From a virus, in IMG/VR virus record IMGVR_UViG_3300028920_000037, positions 32,001 through 96,000 of that record: 64,000 nucleotides of DNA; one strand, 5' to 3'. Position 1 is the stretch's first letter; each line of letters opens with the position of its first letter. The notes below the pieces were generated by a model. It made no database searches, was not told the origin of the DNA, and saw only the letters and a list, made by a program, of their open reading frames with translations. Below, in pieces: positions 28,315-38,837 of this stretch. Position numbers and translations under genes: made by a program.

Positions 28315-29232
28315 ATGGCAATCGATCTTGAAGCAATTCGACGGAAGATGGAAAAACTTGGTGGAAAGCGCTCAGGAGTCCAGCTGTGGAAGCCGACGGA
28401 ACCCGGCGACTACAGGATAAGGGCCCTTCCATGGCCAGACGCTCTCACCGCAGACGGTACACCGTTTGTTGAGCGTTACTTCTACTACATTGGTGACAAT
28501 AGCGGAATCCTCGCACCAAAGCAGTTCGGCGAAGAAGATCCAGTCGCAGTTCTTATCGATGCACTGTTTAAGTCAGGTGAAGAAAGCGATCGTACGATCG
28601 CGAAGAAGCTACTGCCCAAGATGAGAGCGTACCTTCCGGTCATCGTCAAAGGTGAGGAAGATAAAGGCGTTCAGATCTACTCGTTCAATAGGGACGCGTA
28701 CAAACGTCTTTTGTCGTTCTTTATCAACGAAGAGATCGGTGACTTCCTCGATCCGCTTGATGGCTTTGACCTCACCGTCACCTTGACCGACAACGGACGT
28801 AGGTGGAAGGATAGGACAATGTACGATCAGACGATCGATGTATCGCGCTGGCCGTCGCCGCTATCAAAGTGGTTTGATGGTGACGAGGACAAGACCGAAG
28901 AAGTCCTGAAGAAGCTTCCAAACGTTGATGATCTCTATACCAACGCACGCAAGACGCCTGCTGAGGTTAAGGAAATCCTTGATAAGTGGCTGGCTGGTGA
29001 CGAAGAGGATACCGGCGAAGGCACGACTCGCGGCAAGAAGGAAGATGCGAAGCCTGAAAAGATCTCTGAGGGTAAGGGCGACAAGTCGGAGCCAGACGAT
29101 GAAAAGAAGGCTCCTGATGACGAGAAGCCCAAGGCACGCAAGCGTCGCGTCAAGAAGTCAGATTCTGACGATGTTGGTGAGGAAACGAGCCAATCGCTCG
29201 ACGAGGCGTTCGACGAGTTAATGGACGAGTAA
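28315..29232 (+). CDS. Single-stranded DNA-binding protein (T4 gp32-like)
   Basis: WKP...IRALP, PF.E...Y, FGEEDPV, GDFLDPLDGFDLTV, acidic tail LDEAFDELMDE; next to recA. Confidence 0.8.
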   Translation: MAIDLEAIRRKMEKLGGKRSGVQLWKPTEPGDYRIRALPWPDALTADGTPFVERYFYYIGDNSGILAPKQFGEEDPVAVLIDALFKSGEESDRTIAKKLLPKMRAYLPVIVKGEEDKGVQIYSFNRDAYKRLLSFFINEEIGDFLDPLDGFDLTVTLTDNGRRWKDRTMYDQTIDVSRWPSPLSKWFDGDEDKTEEVLKKLPNVDDLYTNARKTPAEVKEILDKWLAGDEEDTGEGTTRGKKEDAKPEKISEGKGDKSEPDDEKKAPDDEKPKARKRRVKKSDSDDVGEETSQSLDEAFDELMDE

Positions 29233-29319
29233 GGCCTGACGTTGGAAGCTGCGCGGTACTTGTACCGCGCAGCACGTCTATGCCTGAAGTGCGTGTGCAC
29301 GCCATGCAAGAGGACGAAA

Positions 29320-29595
29320 ATGGTCAGGAAAGACGTTTACAAGGTGATCGATGGTGAAAGGACGTACCAAGACGAGAAGTGGGGTGATACACTGTCTGGC
29401 GGACGTCCTGGAAACGGTGAGAGATCCGTCGACGAATTTGTATGCTATATCGCGGGATACACTAACGACATGGTGAAGGTTGCAAGTCACTTCGGAGATA
29501 CACAAGCAAAGCTTGATGTGATGCGAAAGGTCGCAGGTCTGTGCGTTGCCTGCTTCGAACAGCATGGTTGTCCAGAACGTAGGGTAGAGGAGTAA
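29320..29595 (+). CDS. MazG-like all-alpha NTP pyrophosphatase-fold protein
   Basis: ERTYQDEKWG...RKVAGLCVACFEQHG pattern. Confidence 0.5.
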   Translation: MVRKDVYKVIDGERTYQDEKWGDTLSGGRPGNGERSVDEFVCYIAGYTNDMVKVASHFGDTQAKLDVMRKVAGLCVACFEQHGCPERRVEE

Positions 29596-29597
29596 AG

Positions 29598-30842
29598 ATG
29601 GCGGCGAAAAAGAAGAAGGAACCTCAACTTGAACTTGATCCGACTGACGACATTGCAAAGGCCCTTATCAAGGACCTGAACAAGGAATTCGGCACCAGGA
29701 TCGCTTACAATCTTGCTGAAGCGTCTGCTCCGACGATCGTGAAGCACTGGATCGGCACAGGATCGCTGATGCTCAACTACGCCATTGCTAACAAACGTGG
29801 TGGAGGATATCCGGGTGGTCGCATTATCGAAGTCTCTGGTCTTGCGTCGACAGGAAAGTCACACCTTGCCTACGAGGCGGCACGGACTGTACAGCGACTC
29901 GGCGGCCTTGTTATCTACGTTGATACGGAGAACGCAACGCCTGTTGATAAGCTCGGAAGCATGGGAATCGATGTCAAGAAGCGCTTCGTTTATGTTGATA
30001 CGCATTGCACTGAAGAGGTCCTCACGGTGATCGATTCGATTATCAGGAAGGCGAAGTCTGTCTCAGGAAACATCCCGATCCTTGCGATCTGGGACTCTGT
30101 CGCTGCGACGGCACCGAAGGCAGAACTCGAAGGTGAGTATGATCAGAACACAGTCGGACTGCAAGCGAGGACCCTCAGCAAAGGCATGAGGAAGATCGTC
30201 GGCGTGTTGGGTGAGCACGGTGTCACGCTTCTGTGCATCAACCAGCTTCGCACGAAGATCGGTGTGAACTTTGGTGATCCATATGTGACTCCGGGCGGCG
30301 CAGCGATACCGTTCCATTCCTCAGTCCGTGTCAGGCTTACTGGCGAAGGTTCTCCGGTCAAGGACAAGTTTGGCAACGTCATCGGTATCAGGGTGCCGTT
30401 GAAGATCATGAAGAACAAGGTTGGCCCTCCGTTCAGGAACTTCTCGATCGAGATCCACTTCGGCAAGGGGATTGTGGAGACGGATGCCTTGATCGACGTT
30501 GGGATCGAGTACTGTGTCAAGCACGGTTCTGTACGACGCGACGGCAAGCTCCTGTCGATGACGGGCAAGGGAAAGCCCTGGAAGACGTTCATGGTCACGA
30601 CTGAAGACGGAGAGGTCCTGCTCGAAAAAAAGTTCCAGAAGGATTCGTTCGACAGCCTCTTGTACAATGAACCGGGCGTCAGCGACCTCATGTTGGAGTT
30701 CTACGACGGTGTACTCACGGTCGTTTACGGTGATGCAGATGTTGCCGAAGAAGATCTAAATCCAGAGACAGACGAAGAGGATATGGGCGAAGAGGAGAAC
30801 GTCAAGGCGACCAAGGAAGTGGAAGATGCTGCGGAGCTATGA
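29598..30842 (+). CDS. recA: RecA/UvsX recombinase
   Basis: GRIIEVSGLASTGKS (Walker A), YVDTENA, WDSVAA, INQLR, TPGG.AIPFHSSVRV, KNKVGPPF. Confidence 0.95.
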   Translation: MAAKKKKEPQLELDPTDDIAKALIKDLNKEFGTRIAYNLAEASAPTIVKHWIGTGSLMLNYAIANKRGGGYPGGRIIEVSGLASTGKSHLAYEAARTVQRLGGLVIYVDTENATPVDKLGSMGIDVKKRFVYVDTHCTEEVLTVIDSIIRKAKSVSGNIPILAIWDSVAATAPKAELEGEYDQNTVGLQARTLSKGMRKIVGVLGEHGVTLLCINQLRTKIGVNFGDPYVTPGGAAIPFHSSVRVRLTGEGSPVKDKFGNVIGIRVPLKIMKNKVGPPFRNFSIEIHFGKGIVETDALIDVGIEYCVKHGSVRRDGKLLSMTGKGKPWKTFMVTTEDGEVLLEKKFQKDSFDSLLYNEPGVSDLMLEFYDGVLTVVYGDADVAEEDLNPETDEEDMGEEENVKATKEVEDAAEL

Positions 30843-31304
30843 AGACATCAACAGGCAGCTGCATCCGAACGTTGGTGCTGTAGACGTTCACATCGAATCA
30901 CCCGATCTCGTTCCGACGCTGGGATCTGAACAGGCGGCTGGTTACGATATCAAGTCGAAAGAGGACTATGTTCTGAAACCAGGAGAGCGTAGGCTCTTTA
31001 GGCAGGTGTGTTTCTAAAGCTTCCTGATGAACTTGCGGCCATGGTTTGTTCGCGTTCGGGGCTGGCCCTTAAGAAGGGCGTTTACGTGCTGAACTCACCA
31101 GGCATCATCGATACAGACTATCGTGGTGAGATCGGCGCGATCCTACACAACGTAGGTGTCAACGCCGCGATGATTCAACGTGGTGATAGAATTGCTCAGC
31201 TCGTGTTCTTCCCGCGCTTCATCGTGCGGGGTGTAGAGATACCCCTTAGCGCGCTTGAAGATTCTTCTCGAGGTGCCGGTGGGTTCGGAAGCACCGGAGA
31301 GTGA
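30826..31304 (+). pseudogene. dut: Trimeric dUTPase split by a one-base frameshift near 30998-31004
   Basis: AAGYDI and LKPGERRLF in the first frame; RSGLA, GIIDTDYRGEI, RIAQL, RGAGGFGSTG in the -1 frame. Confidence 0.85.
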
Positions 31305-31570
31305 TGCCTGTTCATCCAACAAGAGTTGAGGTCTCTATCGAGCTTGAAGACCTTGCGCGAAGAGTCGCAGACCTCAGGTATGATGCGTTGGCGAGGTTCC
31401 TTGGGAACCTTGTCTGTGAGCTTTCGTCGGATGCCTCGAAGGACGAGGTGAGGGGCAGAAAACAGCTTGCGGCAAAGATGGACAACGCAATCAGAAACCT
31501 GAGGTTTGCTCGCTCGCATATGGACGAGGCGTGGCGTGTTTGTGCGCCACGCATGGATGAAGGTAAATGA
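31301..31570 (+). CDS. Hypothetical protein
   Basis: Coupled ORF; DLRYDALARFL...D..RGRKQLA helical pattern. Confidence 0.55.
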   Translation: MMPVHPTRVEVSIELEDLARRVADLRYDALARFLGNLVCELSSDASKDEVRGRKQLAAKMDNAIRNLRFARSHMDEAWRVCAPRMDEGK

Positions 31571-31622
31571 TAGTTCTGGAAGAACTTTTAAAAGATCATA
31601 AACCTTCGATCATTGATGTTAG

Positions 31623-32159
31623 TCAGGTTTCTTCATTTTCAAAGAAGCGTCGTTTTGCATCGCGCATTTTACGCCTTGTTTCTTCAGAGTGTCTTTTGCC
31701 TGTCATTGGTGCGTTTTCTCGCATCCATTGTGAATGTTTTTGAGAATGTTTTTCAAAAAAACCGTTCGCTCGCTTTGTTGCTACTGCTCGAACAGCAAGT
31801 TCTTTGCGTAATCCTGGATGTTCCTCGTTGAATTTCTGGCAGCTTTCTGAAATCTTCCTACGACGTGGAGCAGGTATCTTTCGACCTCGTTGCGCATCAC
31901 TGATCTTTTTACGTTGTTCAACGGGCATAGGACCGTGCTTACGTCCTTTGAGCTTTTGAGCTGATTTCTTGCCACAACCTGCTATGATCTTGCGTGCGTA
32001 GACCGTGTATTCGTCCTTGAGCTCGGCACGCAACGTACGTGTGATCTTGTTGCGTCCCAACGAGAAGATCGTCATCAATTCTGGTATTGATGTCCCTTGT
32101 TTGAACAGTGACGTCATTTCATTGATCGTCTCTGTGCTTAGTACAATTGGTCTTGCCAT
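31623..32159 (-). pseudogene. Homing endonuclease remnant (HTH plus NUMOD3 repeats, no nuclease domain)
   Basis: KGRKHG...EQRKKISDAQRG, MTGKRHSEETRRKM, then a stop. Confidence 0.65.
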
Positions 32160-32187
32160 AAATAGTATCTTATACAAAGAAGGCTGT

Positions 32188-33147
32188 ATGTCTAACGGCG
32201 AACGTCCAATTCTACTAGTTGATATGCTCAACCTCTTTGTCAGGTCATGGGCAGCATATCCCTCAATGTCTGCACACGGCTATCAAATGGGAGGTGTGGT
32301 TGGAACACTGAAAACACTCGCTCGTATTTGCAACGAGTTGAATCCCAGGATGGTCTACATTGCGTGGGAAGGCGGAGGATCTACGAAACGTCGGCAGATC
32401 TATTCTGAATATAAGCTGAATAGAAAGCCTGAGAAACTGAATCGCTTCTATGAAGACGACATTCCAGAGTCTGAAGAGAACAGGAAGCACCAGATCATGG
32501 TGCTGTTGGCGTTGCTGAAGCACACCCCCGTATGCCAGCTCTACGCATCGGACTGTGAAGGCGATGATATCATCGCGTACCTAGCTCGCGGCAGGTTCAA
32601 AGGTAAAAACAAGGTCATTGCGTCATCTGACAAGGACATGTATCAACTGCTTGACGATGAGTCAACGAGGATCTACAACCTTCACAAGAAGATCTATGTC
32701 GTCGCCGAAGATGTCTTTGAGGAGTTCAAAGTCCTTGCAAGCAACTTTGCAATAGCAAAGGCTCTGTGTGGAGACGTAAGCGACAATATCCCAGGCATCA
32801 AAGGTCTCGGTTTCAAGTCTCTTGTGCGTAGGCTACCTTTCGTTGGGCTGGAGCACGATATCACACTTGACAAGGTATTTGACTACTGTGAAGCACATTC
32901 AAAGGAATCAATTCACTATAGACGTATCCTTGAGGGAAAAGAAGACATCAAGAGGAACTGGCGTCTTGTGTACCTTGATGATCATACGCTTTCCAACGAT
33001 CAGGCAAAACGTATAGACTACGCATTGGACACCTTTGTTCCTGGGACCAATCGCATCGAGTTTATGAGGGTCCTTACAAAAGAGGGCCTGAATGATTTTG
33101 ATGTTCCGGGGTTTTACTACGCATTAAATGGGATCAGTAACTCATGA
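32188..33147 (+). CDS. 5'-3' exonuclease / flap endonuclease (T4 RNase H-like)
   Basis: ILLVDMLNL, R..IYSEYKLNR, EGDDIIA, SSDKDMYQL, GDVSDNIPGIKGLG. Confidence 0.92.
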   Translation: MSNGERPILLVDMLNLFVRSWAAYPSMSAHGYQMGGVVGTLKTLARICNELNPRMVYIAWEGGGSTKRRQIYSEYKLNRKPEKLNRFYEDDIPESEENRKHQIMVLLALLKHTPVCQLYASDCEGDDIIAYLARGRFKGKNKVIASSDKDMYQLLDDESTRIYNLHKKIYVVAEDVFEEFKVLASNFAIAKALCGDVSDNIPGIKGLGFKSLVRRLPFVGLEHDITLDKVFDYCEAHSKESIHYRRILEGKEDIKRNWRLVYLDDHTLSNDQAKRIDYALDTFVPGTNRIEFMRVLTKEGLNDFDVPGFYYALNGISNS

Positions 33148-33593
33148 TGAAGATCGTTTTTCTTGATATCGACGGTGTCTTAAATAGCAGACAGTCATTG
33201 CCGCTCGACGCAGGATCGATGCATCCGCCACTCATCTCAAAATTGAACAGACTGCTTCAGGAAACGGGCGCAAACGTAGTTATTAGCTCTTCATGGCGTA
33301 TGCATACGCCGCTAAACGAACTTGCAAACTACCTTGTTAAGTCGGGATTTGAATATCCAGAACGCATCATCGGTGCAACGAGGTACCTTGACGGTCGAAG
33401 GTCGCGTGGTTACGAGATCACCCTTTGGTTGCGGCAGGTCAAGGGATGCGTTGATAGTTTTGTCGTCCTTGATGACGTTGCCGCAGGACTGGACGAAGTC
33501 AACGGTAACGTTGTGGTGACGGACAATAGGATTGGTTTGTCGGATAAAAACGTCGAAAATGCCATCAAGATCTTGAACGAAGGTAACGCATGA
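33144..33593 (+). CDS. HAD-superfamily phosphatase (Swiss-army-knife RNA-repair type)
   Basis: FLDIDGVLN, VISSSWR, RGYEI..WL, FVVLDD. Confidence 0.85.
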   Translation: MMKIVFLDIDGVLNSRQSLPLDAGSMHPPLISKLNRLLQETGANVVISSSWRMHTPLNELANYLVKSGFEYPERIIGATRYLDGRRSRGYEITLWLRQVKGCVDSFVVLDDVAAGLDEVNGNVVVTDNRIGLSDKNVENAIKILNEGNA

Positions 33594-35011
33594 GTGAAGA
33601 CACATTCGCAGTCTACGGAAAATCGTTTCAGGAGAAGGTCGTCCAGGCGCTGATCACTGATCATGCATGGGGGGAACAGATGCTCGAGGTATTCAATCCT
33701 GAATACCTGGAACTGAAGTACCTACAGTTCCTAGCGCGGGCATACTTTGAACACGCAAAGAAGTACCGCGTCTTTCCAACGATGCAGTTGCTTATCACGA
33801 TTATCCGTGACAAACTTAAAAAAGGGTCAGACAAGATCCTTGCCGATCAGATCGTCGAGTATCTCACGAGGATGAAAGCAAATCCAGACGTAGGAGACCT
33901 TTCGTACGTCAAGGACAAGTCGCTCGATTTCTGTCGAAAACAGGCCCTGAAGAAGGCGATGGAGGACGCCATCGATCTTATGGCGACGGAGAAGTACGAT
34001 GCCATCGTTGACGTGATGAAGAAGGCCGTTGTCGTAGGAACGACACCTTCTCTTGGACACGAGTTCTTTGACGAAGCGTGTAGAGAATCACGTTTCATTG
34101 AACAGTCACGCAACGCCGTTGCGACAGGTATACCAGAGCTGGATCATAGGGACATTTTAAATGGTGGGCTCGGTATGGGCGAGCTCGGTATCTGCATTGC
34201 GAACACAGGCGTCGGTAAGTCGCACATGCTTGTTCAGATCGGTGCCGCGGCACTAAGGCTAGGGATCGATGTTGTACACTACACTTGTGAGTTGTCGGAA
34301 CACATCATCGGTAAGCGATACGATTCGCACCTTGCCAAAGTTGACTTCAGCGACCTGATTGATTTCAAGGAACATGTCGTCAAGTACTATGATGACAACC
34401 AAGATCTCGGGCGCCTGATCATCAAGCACTATCCTGTTGGGTTTCCGACAGCGTATACACTCAGAAGTCACATCGAACGTGCGGCAACACGTGAGTTCAA
34501 ACCTGGGCTGATGATCATCGATTCGCTTGATAACATGCGTTCGACGCGACAGCTCGAAGCGCTCAGGCTCGAGCTGAAGCACGTCTATGAAGAAGTGCGA
34601 GCGTATGTTGACGAGCTTCGCATCCCGTGTTGGAGCGTCAGTCAATCAAACAAAGAAGGATCGAACAACGATATCGTTGATCTGACAAACATGTCAGAGG
34701 CATACGGAAAGGCGATGGTCGCAGACGTGGTCATCTCGATCTCACGGAAGTCTCACGAAAAAGCAAGTGGCTTCGGACGCATCTACATGGCAAAGAATAG
34801 GGCGGGTCGAGACGGTTTGGTCTGGCCAGTCAAGATCGATACCGCTCAGTCGCGGTTCACCATCGCAGGTTATGCAAATACCGCAGAGGAAGAAACGCAA
34901 AAAGATGAAAATCAAATGAAGCGTCAGATCCGTTCTAAGCTTCGCGAGCTTGAACAAGATCCGTCTCTCAGCGTCAAGAAGCCGTCTGAAGATGATCAAT
35001 CAGGATCTTGA
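33590..35011 (+). CDS. Replicative DnaB/gp41-like helicase
   Basis: GGLGMGELG...ANTGVGKS, HYTCELSE, IIDSLD, SQSNK, EAYGKAMVAD, AKNRAGRDG. Confidence 0.92.
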   Translation: MSEDTFAVYGKSFQEKVVQALITDHAWGEQMLEVFNPEYLELKYLQFLARAYFEHAKKYRVFPTMQLLITIIRDKLKKGSDKILADQIVEYLTRMKANPDVGDLSYVKDKSLDFCRKQALKKAMEDAIDLMATEKYDAIVDVMKKAVVVGTTPSLGHEFFDEACRESRFIEQSRNAVATGIPELDHRDILNGGLGMGELGICIANTGVGKSHMLVQIGAAALRLGIDVVHYTCELSEHIIGKRYDSHLAKVDFSDLIDFKEHVVKYYDDNQDLGRLIIKHYPVGFPTAYTLRSHIERAATREFKPGLMIIDSLDNMRSTRQLEALRLELKHVYEEVRAYVDELRIPCWSVSQSNKEGSNNDIVDLTNMSEAYGKAMVADVVISISRKSHEKASGFGRIYMAKNRAGRDGLVWPVKIDTAQSRFTIAGYANTAEEETQKDENQMKRQIRSKLRELEQDPSLSVKKPSEDDQSGS

Positions 35012-35090
35012 GGTTGCGGCGATAGTTAAAAGAACGGTACGCATGTTTGCTTTGATGTGTGCAAAATTTGGATCCTTCTAGGAGCAGAAA

Positions 35091-37787
35091 TTGATGAAGA
35101 CGTATACTCGCGATGAGGTGCGGCAGGCCTCACTCGCCTTTTTTTCGGGAGACGAACTTGCAACTGATGTTTTCATTGAAAAGTACGCGTTAAGAAACGA
35201 AGATGTCTACTACGAAAGTAAGCCTCCTGAAACTTCTGCTCGTCTGGCACAAGAGCTCGCTCGTGCCGAAGCCAAGTTCGCAAATCCAATGTCGCTACGC
35301 GAGGTATTCACATCATTGATGGATATCGACGAGTCGATCCCAGGCATTGAGGAACTACCATGTCTTATTGATGCCGCAACAGGTTACGGGCCGATCATGC
35401 CGCAAGGCTCGCCCACCGCCGCGGTGGGAAATCCGTTTCAGATCCAGTCGCTATCAAATTGCTTTGTTATTGAATCGCCGTACGATTCATACGGGGGTAT
35501 CTGTCGTATGGACGAGGAAACGGCGCAGATCATGAAGCGCCGTGGGGGCGTTGGATTCGACATCTCTACTATCAGGCCAAAGGGACAGCCTACGACAAAC
35601 GCCGCTCGCACGACAGACGGCATCGGAATCTTCATGAAGAGGTATTCTGATACGACAGAAGAGGTTGCGCAGAACGGTCGTCGTGGGGCACTCATGCTGA
35701 CGATCTCGATCAATCATCCAGAGGTCGAAACGTTCATCAACATCAAGCGCAACAAGAAGAACGTTACCGGCGCAAATGTTTCTGTCAAGGTGACCGATGA
35801 GTTCATGCAGGCAGTACAGGACGATGCAGAGTTTGTGCATCGTTTTCCTGTAGACGTACCTCCTGAGGAGGCCAAGATCACGAAGGTCGTCAGGGCTCGC
35901 GATGTCTGGGATCAGATCATTGATGCAGCTTGGTATTCCGCAGAACCCGGAATCCTCTTTTGGGACACCGCGCGTTTACTATCGCCGGCAGACGCCTATG
36001 CTAGCCTTGGTTATACGTCTTTGTCGACAAATCCCTGCGGTGAAATAATTCTTAGTGCATATGATTCCTGCCGCCTGCAGGTCATTGATGTACGAAGGTT
36101 TGTCGTCAATCCATGGACTGAAAAGGCATACTTTGATCACGAGGCGTTCGACGCATGTACGCAGAAGGCCATGCGACTCATGGATGACCTCGTCGAGCTA
36201 GAGATCGAAGCTGTCGATCGAATCCTTTCAAAGATTGATTCTGACGTTGAGCCAGAACATATCAAACTGAACGAACGAACGCTCTGGGAAAGAATCAGAA
36301 ATTCGGCAATAAACGGTCGTCGAACAGGGTTGGGCCCAACTGCGGTAGGAGACGCCGTCGCGATGCTAGGCGTCAAGTACGGTTCTAAGGAGAGCGTTGA
36401 TCTCGTTGAACAGATCTACAGGACCCTTGCGCTCGCTACGTACAAGGCGAGCATTGACATGGCTGAAGAACGTGGATCATTTCCAATATGGAGCTGGGAC
36501 GTTGACAAGCAGCATCCGTTCCTGCAACGCATCTTCAGCGCGTTGCCAAAGGAGTATGCTACAAAGTGGAAGAAGTTCGGTAGACGAAACATCGCAAACA
36601 CGACAACGGCGCCCGTAGGTACGGGATCGATCGTATTGAAGAGCACGTCAGGAATCGAGCCGCTGTTCAACGTCCTACCATGGCGCCGTCGAAGGAAGAT
36701 CGACTCTAATTCAAGCGTCAAACCAGACTTTGTTGACGATAATGGTGTTGCGTGGCAGGAATATGACGTCTATCATCCAGGAATCCAAGCATGGATGGAC
36801 GCGACTGGAGAAACGGACGTAGCAAAGTCGCCGTACTTCGGTGCGTGTGCAGCTGACTTTGATTGGACGATGGGAGTGAAGATCCAGGCGGCAGCCCAGA
36901 AGTGGGTGTGTCATTCGATCTCTAGGACAGCAAACCTTCCAAAACACGCCACGCATGACCTGATCTCAGACGTTTACATGGATGCCTGGAGGCTTGGGTG
37001 CAAGGGCTTCACGGCGTACAGGGACGGTTCACGGACGGGTGTGCTTTTGACGGGTGCAGAGGCGCTTGGATGGATGGATGGGATCCCAAGCGAAGAGCTC
37101 GAGAAGATGATTGATGTCGGTGAGAGGTTCAAAGGATCAATGCCATCCGAATACCTCGAGTTCCTTGAAGAGGCGTCTCAAGAATTGGCAAGAAGGGTTG
37201 AAGGGGGCAATAGGCAACCTATCGAGATTTTTCAGGCAGCCAAGAAGAGGCCCAAGAAGCTGCTTTGTGACATACACAGAGTAAGGGTCATGGTGAACGG
37301 AGAATCCGAATCGTACCTTGCGCTTGTCGGTCTAATGAACGGCGAACCGTATGAAATCTTCTGTGGGCTTTCGAAACACGTTGACCTTCCGCGAAAATAC
37401 ACGCAGGGGTGGATCATCAAGAACGGTCGCAAGAAGGGAAACATCGCGACGTACAATCTGGTGATCGGAGAAGGCGACGACGCGATTGTCTTCAAGGATA
37501 TCGTCGAACAGTTTGACAATCCGAACTACGGAGCATTCTCAAGGACGCTGTCGCTTGTGCTTCGACACAAGATCCCGATCCAGTTTCTGACAGAGCAGCT
37601 ACAGAAGGACAAGCACAGCGATATTTCATCGTGGTCGAGGGCGATCGCTCGCGTCATCAAGGGATACATCCCAGACGGGACGTCAACCACGCTCGATAAG
37701 GTTTGTCCACAGTGCGGGTCAGAGGGATTAATTTATCAGTCGGGATGTCCTTCGTGTAAGGTTTGTGGATTTTCAAAATGTCTCTAA
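35091..37787 (+). CDS. nrdJ: Class II (B12-dependent) ribonucleotide reductase
   Basis: SLSNCFV, RRGGVG.D.S..RP, RRGALM, TNPCGEI, RRTGLG, APVGTGS, HSISRT.NLP, KGFTAYRDGSR, C-terminal zinc ribbon; no nrdB partner nearby. Confidence 0.9.
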   Translation: MMKTYTRDEVRQASLAFFSGDELATDVFIEKYALRNEDVYYESKPPETSARLAQELARAEAKFANPMSLREVFTSLMDIDESIPGIEELPCLIDAATGYGPIMPQGSPTAAVGNPFQIQSLSNCFVIESPYDSYGGICRMDEETAQIMKRRGGVGFDISTIRPKGQPTTNAARTTDGIGIFMKRYSDTTEEVAQNGRRGALMLTISINHPEVETFINIKRNKKNVTGANVSVKVTDEFMQAVQDDAEFVHRFPVDVPPEEAKITKVVRARDVWDQIIDAAWYSAEPGILFWDTARLLSPADAYASLGYTSLSTNPCGEIILSAYDSCRLQVIDVRRFVVNPWTEKAYFDHEAFDACTQKAMRLMDDLVELEIEAVDRILSKIDSDVEPEHIKLNERTLWERIRNSAINGRRTGLGPTAVGDAVAMLGVKYGSKESVDLVEQIYRTLALATYKASIDMAEERGSFPIWSWDVDKQHPFLQRIFSALPKEYATKWKKFGRRNIANTTTAPVGTGSIVLKSTSGIEPLFNVLPWRRRRKIDSNSSVKPDFVDDNGVAWQEYDVYHPGIQAWMDATGETDVAKSPYFGACAADFDWTMGVKIQAAAQKWVCHSISRTANLPKHATHDLISDVYMDAWRLGCKGFTAYRDGSRTGVLLTGAEALGWMDGIPSEELEKMIDVGERFKGSMPSEYLEFLEEASQELARRVEGGNRQPIEIFQAAKKRPKKLLCDIHRVRVMVNGESESYLALVGLMNGEPYEIFCGLSKHVDLPRKYTQGWIIKNGRKKGNIATYNLVIGEGDDAIVFKDIVEQFDNPNYGAFSRTLSLVLRHKIPIQFLTEQLQKDKHSDISSWSRAIARVIKGYIPDGTSTTLDKVCPQCGSEGLIYQSGCPSCKVCGFSKCL

Positions 37788-37805
37788 CCACATTGAATAC
37801 ATTTC

Positions 37806-38837
37806 GTGCATCCAAGATATGATCATCTTGTGATCGAGTGTAATCTTTGTGATACGAAATTCACTAACAACAAGTCTGGAGCGTTTACACGTCACATTGT
37901 TGACGTTCATGAGATGTCGCTAGAAGACTATGTTGTAAAATTCGAGTTATGTGGCATTGAACCTCGATGTGCTTGTGGCTTGTGTGATGAACGACCTTTA
38001 TTCAGACGCGGAAAGTTTTCAAGGTATGCGTTGGACCACGATAAGCATGAGAAACGTAGAGAACTTTACATTAGAAGGTACGGTAAACCTACGTGTGAGA
38101 TTTGTGGAGCAGAGTGCAAATTTGATCGTGTAACACCACGTAAGCGATGCGATCGTTGTCGAATGATTGGTAAAGGATTTGGTGATCCTAACGTTCAACA
38201 GAAGATACGAAATGTTGTCAAAGAACGCTATGACGTAGACAACGTAGGGCAACTTGAACATGTCCGTGAGTTGAATCGTCGTCTTAAAACTGGACGACGA
38301 TTCAAGTTATCTCAAAATGCAAAGAAAAGAATCTCATTAGGAATTAGTAAATGTTGGAAGAGAGTTGATTATCGTAATCGATGTTCGCAAAGCTTGAAAA
38401 TAGCATGTAACACCCCAAGGGAACGTAAGCGTCGTTCTGACGCGATGAAGAAGATGTTTGCAGATGGTCGGCTTTCACCACCTGATCCACGTTGGCGTTT
38501 GTCGCGCTTGCACCAAAGGTTACGCAATGAACTTTGCCTTGATGAACTTGGATTTGTGTCCGAACAACGCATTGGATCGTTGATCGTTGATGAGCTCAAT
38601 GAAGATAAAAAGATTATCATTGAAATCAATGGAGATTACATCCACGCAAATCCAAAGTTTTACAAATCTGATGATGTCATCATAACAAAATTTGGATCAT
38701 ACGCAGCAAGTGAGAAGTGGGCTCGTGATGTACATCGAAAGAAAGTACTTGAAGATCTTGGTTACAAGGTGATCGTTGTCTGGGAAAGCGACTGTGTTGA
38801 ATTGTTGCAGAAACAAATCAATGAAAGTTTACTATGA
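37806..38837 (+). CDS. Homing endonuclease with zinc-finger modules and Vsr/DUF559-like nuclease
   Basis: CNLC..H...H, CACGLC, VDEL...IIIEINGDYIHANP, D..R...L...GYKVIVVWE; AT-rich. Confidence 0.8.
   Translation: MHPRYDHLVIECNLCDTKFTNNKSGAFTRHIVDVHEMSLEDYVVKFELCGIEPRCACGLCDERPLFRRGKFSRYALDHDKHEKRRELYIRRYGKPTCEICGAECKFDRVTPRKRCDRCRMIGKGFGDPNVQQKIRNVVKERYDVDNVGQLEHVRELNRRLKTGRRFKLSQNAKKRISLGISKCWKRVDYRNRCSQSLKIACNTPRERKRRSDAMKKMFADGRLSPPDPRWRLSRLHQRLRNELCLDELGFVSEQRIGSLIVDELNEDKKIIIEINGDYIHANPKFYKSDDVIITKFGSYAASEKWARDVHRKKVLEDLGYKVIVVWESDCVELLQKQINESLL

Noticed and set aside
30995-31004. Programmed frameshift in dUTPase (TTT AGG C, Ty1-like)
   Set aside because: That motif type gives +1, but -1 is needed. 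Similar single-base breaks elsewhere (~42237, ~52793) point to errors or decay.
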